A DNA stretch of 64,000 bases, from the NCBI GenBank assembly GCA_041288095.1, contig JBGGMJ010000211.1:32001-96000 (forward strand), written 5' to 3'. The stretch comes from Myxococcota bacterium (lineage in GTDB: Bacteria > Myxococcota > XYA12-FULL-58-9 > JALHOP01). A model generated the notes under the pieces. It was given only the letters and a program-made list of their open reading frames with translations. It was not told where the DNA came from and searched no databases. The translations under genes were made by a program, and so were the position numbers. This document shows, piece by piece, positions 60,830 to 64,000 of this stretch; the stretch's first letter is position 1, and each line of letters begins with the position of its first letter.

Positions 60830-62079
60830 CCCGTTCCGGTCCTCTGCGTGTCGCGGGTCTGTTGCTGCTCGGTTCCACCCTCACGGGCAGCAAGTGCGTG
60901 AGCTACGACGAGCGGCTGACGGTGCCCAGCGATCCGAACAACGCCGGTGACGCCGACGGCGATGCCGACCCCGGCGACGGGACCGTGACGGAGTGCCTGC
61001 CGCCCGAGCCGGTTTACGACCTGAACGAGATGCGTCGCGCCGCCTGTGTCGGCCTGCGCTGCGCCTCACAGCGCGCCTCTGCATTCTGGTTCGACGCTTG
61101 GGAAGATCACGACGTCGTCCGTGTCGTCCGCTTTCGCGATGACGCTCCGGGGCCGCGCTTCGACGTCACCGACGAGCAAGGCGCGCCGTCGAGCCTCGCG
61201 TTCGTCCAGGGTACGCCGGTGACGCTGATCGTCCGCAACGAGGGTGATGCCGGGGTCAGCCGAGCTTATGACTTCACCGCGCCGCTCCTCTTCCACCACG
61301 TCGCCTGGCGCGACATCGCGACGAGCGACGGCACCTACGAAGCCGCGACCTTCGACGCGGTGTTGCCCGGCTACGCTAGTGGCCAGCGGCGCGAGGTCGT
61401 GATCGCGTTCGTCCCCATCGAGCGCGGCACCTTCGACGTCTACTCGTCGGGCGGCGTCGTCAACGGCACCGCCTATTCCGCTATCGCGTCCGGAACGGCG
61501 ACGCCTGATCTCGCGACCGGCGACGCGGGCCAGGGCATGAAGACGACGCTCACGATCACGGGCGATTCCCCGTTGACTCTGTTTCGGGGCAGCGACGTCG
61601 ACCGCGATGCGCGCCTCGACGACGATCCGCGCCGCGCCGCGAGCGACCCAGTATGGGACCCAGGCAACCTGCGCACGGTGACCATCGACGCGGTCGAGGC
61701 ACAGAACCCCGATACCGGCGGAGACATCTTCACCTTTCAGTGGAGCTCACTCGCCTTCCCGGTGAACGTCGCTCACGTGATCGAGCTGCACAGTGTCGCG
61801 GCCAACCGCTACCAGCACAACTTCACCGCCCTGGGTCTCATGCGTGGCTCGGTGAACCGCGGCGTCAGCGACAGCCAAACCGAGGTGCGCGCGGCTTCGT
61901 ACGACAGCATCAACATCGTCGCGGGCAAGACCATCCGCATCTACTTCGTGCCCACCGTCATCGCCCGCTACGAAGTTTTCTGCCAGCTGGGGATCGTCTT
62001 CAGCAGCAACGGTCAGCCCGACCTGCAATCGGGACACGCGGGCGCCGGCATGCACGATGTGGTCGAGGTCGTGCCGTGA
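60826..62079 (+). CDS. Exported protein with two cupredoxin-like domains
   Basis: C-terminal HNF...YEVFC...GHAGAGM type-1 Cu ligands; N-terminal repeat of the same pattern lacks His/Cys. Confidence 0.7.
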   Translation: MTRSGPLRVAGLLLLGSTLTGSKCVSYDERLTVPSDPNNAGDADGDADPGDGTVTECLPPEPVYDLNEMRRAACVGLRCASQRASAFWFDAWEDHDVVRVVRFRDDAPGPRFDVTDEQGAPSSLAFVQGTPVTLIVRNEGDAGVSRAYDFTAPLLFHHVAWRDIATSDGTYEAATFDAVLPGYASGQRREVVIAFVPIERGTFDVYSSGGVVNGTAYSAIASGTATPDLATGDAGQGMKTTLTITGDSPLTLFRGSDVDRDARLDDDPRRAASDPVWDPGNLRTVTIDAVEAQNPDTGGDIFTFQWSSLAFPVNVAHVIELHSVAANRYQHNFTALGLMRGSVNRGVSDSQTEVRAASYDSINIVAGKTIRIYFVPTVIARYEVFCQLGIVFSSNGQPDLQSGHAGAGMHDVVEVVP

Positions 62080-62891
62080 GAGCGATCTGGGTCGTCGTCG
62101 CGGGCCTCATGGTGTCCTCGGCGGCACGCGCGTATCCCCCGTATCGCCGGCTCGCCATGGTGCACTACGGGGCACCCGTGGGCTGCGAGCTATGCCACGC
62201 GCGCGCCGACAGCACCGAGCGCAGCGCCTACGGACGGGCGTGGCACGACAAGGGCGAAAACGAGAGCGCCTTCGGACCGCTCGAGGGGGGCGACCTCGAC
62301 GGCGACGGCACGCGCAACGTCGACGAGATTCGCGGCGGCTCCGACCCCAATGACCGGGAAAGCACGCCGTCGAGCCCGGGCAAATACGCCAAGCGGGCAC
62401 AGGTCACGCACATTCCCGTCGAGCAGCTCCAACTCGTGGCCGAGGCCGTCGAGCGTTACGACGTCGTCGAGCCCACCTTGAGTCCCGCCCAACTCGCGAA
62501 GCTCGAAGCAGGCCTCGGCCGCACCGCCACAGCGGACGAGAGATTGCCTACCCTTTATCTCGCGGTGCGCGGGGGCAAGCCCGACGAGGTGTTGGTCTTC
62601 AGCCACGCCGGCGCCGGCAAGCTCGAGGTGTCGCTGTTGCTCGCGATTGGCACCGACGGCAGAGCACGGCGCATCGCCCTCTATCGCGCTGGTGGCGATG
62701 ACGGCGCGCGTTTCCAAGCTTATCTGCGCTGTTTCAGCGGACGCGGAAAAGACGACATCGCGAGACGCGCCGCGCTCGAGTGCGCCGGCGCCTCCGCCAA
62801 GAACGCGACCGACAAACAGCTGAACGCGGTCATCGCGGAATCCGTGCGGGCGGCGCTATGGCTGGTGTTCACCGCCTTCGGAGCGAGCTGA
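62076..62891 (+). CDS. Exported monoheme cytochrome c-like protein with DxDxDG motif
   Basis: Signal peptide ARA-YP, CELCH, DLDGDG..N.DEI..GSDP; C-terminal domain uncertain. Confidence 0.65.
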   Translation: MRAIWVVVAGLMVSSAARAYPPYRRLAMVHYGAPVGCELCHARADSTERSAYGRAWHDKGENESAFGPLEGGDLDGDGTRNVDEIRGGSDPNDRESTPSSPGKYAKRAQVTHIPVEQLQLVAEAVERYDVVEPTLSPAQLAKLEAGLGRTATADERLPTLYLAVRGGKPDEVLVFSHAGAGKLEVSLLLAIGTDGRARRIALYRAGGDDGARFQAYLRCFSGRGKDDIARRAALECAGASAKNATDKQLNAVIAESVRAALWLVFTAFGAS

Positions 62892-62901
62892 TGGTGCGAC
62901 C

Positions 62902-63507
62902 TTGAACCCAGAAGGTCTCGACCTCAATCGGTACGCTCCTGTCGCGAGCGCCCCGCCACCGGCGAGCGTCGGCTGGGTCGTGGCGGCAATCGTCCTGTTC
63001 GTGCTGTTCATCGCGCTATCAGCGACATTGGCGGCGCGCTGGCTGCCGTCCGCTATCGAAGACGACGCCCTGCTCCCACGCGCGTCGCGTCCGGTGCGAC
63101 TGCTCGTGCTCGTTACCTTGGTCGCGCTCCTCGGGGTCCAAGCGCTCGGGGCCATCGACGTCTTCGTCCAGACGCGCATCGTCTACGACGACGCCGGGGC
63201 CTACTTCGCGCACCTGTCGCTGGGACGTCTCGTCGGCACCAGCCATGCGCACCTATTCGGCTACGCCTTGCTCTACGGCATGGTGGCGCTCTTTGCCTGC
63301 ATGAGCGCCGCGCCGCCGGCGTGGAAGCGCTGGCTGGTGGCGGCGTTGTGCTGGGCTGGCCCGTTCGACATCGCGTCGTGGTGGGGCATGAAGTATCTCA
63401 CCGCGCGCTTCGAGCTGCTGTCGCATGCCACCGCGCTGGCGAGCGTCGGCGCTAGTCTCGCGACTCTGCTGCTCGTCGCATCCGCCGTTCGCAAGGCGCC
63501 CGCGTGA
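62902..63507 (+). CDS. Membrane protein with SHAHLFG motif
   Basis: About 5 hydrophobic segments; in operon arrangement with flanking genes. Confidence 0.65.
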   Translation: MNPEGLDLNRYAPVASAPPPASVGWVVAAIVLFVLFIALSATLAARWLPSAIEDDALLPRASRPVRLLVLVTLVALLGVQALGAIDVFVQTRIVYDDAGAYFAHLSLGRLVGTSHAHLFGYALLYGMVALFACMSAAPPAWKRWLVAALCWAGPFDIASWWGMKYLTARFELLSHATALASVGASLATLLLVASAVRKAPA

Positions 63508-64000
63508 GCCGACAAACCACCAGCATTCGGCGGCGCCTGTTGCTCGCCGTTCTGCCGGTGATGACGGTGGCTCTGCTCGCGGCGCTGCTCGTCGCCACCG
63601 CCACCGCGCGGCGCGGCCTGTCATCGCTTTCGGATACGAACCTGACGCTCACCGCCGAAAGCCTGGCTGACGCCATCGGCCAGACCGTCGCGGACGCTTT
63701 GGCGGACACGGTGACCGCGGCGCGGCTCGATCTCGCTGCCGAAGCCGTCGAGACCGGTGACCCGAAGAACTTCGACTGGTACGCCGACGAGCTGGTGCTG
63801 GGGAAACGCAAGTACTCGGGGCTCGCGGTCGCCGACAACGCCGGCAAGGCGGTCGCGGCGAACGCCATCGACCGCACGGGCAAGCCCCTGACGCAGCTCA
63901 TTCGCGGCGGCGTCCTCGAGGCCGCGGTGGTCGGCCGGCTCGCGGGCGCGGGCAAAGACGCCTCGGCGGCGTTCGGCCCCGGCGAGGCAAGCGCGTTCGC
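63504..64000 (+). CDS. Membrane sensor (MCP or histidine kinase) N-terminus with Cache-like periplasmic domain, truncated by window end
   Basis: GTG 63504 opens a frame SIRRRLLLAVLPV-TM-long helix-YSGLAVADNAGKAVA, typical of dCache sensors; not in the ORF track because there is no stop in the window. Confidence 0.65.
   Translation, partial: MSRQTTSIRRRLLLAVLPVMTVALLAALLVATATARRGLSSLSDTNLTLTAESLADAIGQTVADALADTVTAARLDLAAEAVETGDPKNFDWYADELVLGKRKYSGLAVADNAGKAVAANAIDRTGKPLTQLIRGGVLEAAVVGRLAGAGKDASAAFGPGEASAF

Overview
High-GC (roughly two-thirds by eye) bacterial chromosomal window. Gene content (MshEN-type protein, PEGA and Cys-rich lipoproteins, CglB/Mts-like VWA protein, lnt-prfB-lysS-lolE-lolD-bamA and skp-lpxD-lpxA-lpxI order) suggests a Myxococcota/deltaproteobacterial lineage; this is an inference. 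The backbone holds reductive pyrimidine catabolism genes, guaA/guaB, a TonB-ExbB-ExbD-ExbD-receptor-lipoprotein unit, lipid A and outer-membrane biogenesis genes, lysS and frameshifting prfB. These operons are repeatedly interrupted by opposite-strand inserts. Main observations: (1) a shared bipartite sigma-28-like promoter motif, GCA(A/C)C-N14/15-nCCGA(T/A)A(A/C), precedes seven scattered orphan or lipid-modifying genes that lack signal peptides; (2) two of these form a divergent pair, a fatty acid desaturase and a fusion of a CFA-type methyltransferase with a PAI-like FAD isomerase; (3) a cytochrome c / cupredoxin cluster is interleaved with CheY, CheX-like and Cache-sensor genes; (4) there is a divergent SAH-hydrolase-like orphan and an Omp85-like barrel fused to a peptidase-like domain. 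No rRNA, tRNA, CRISPR array or transposase was seen. All homology calls are from motif recognition by eye, not database searches.
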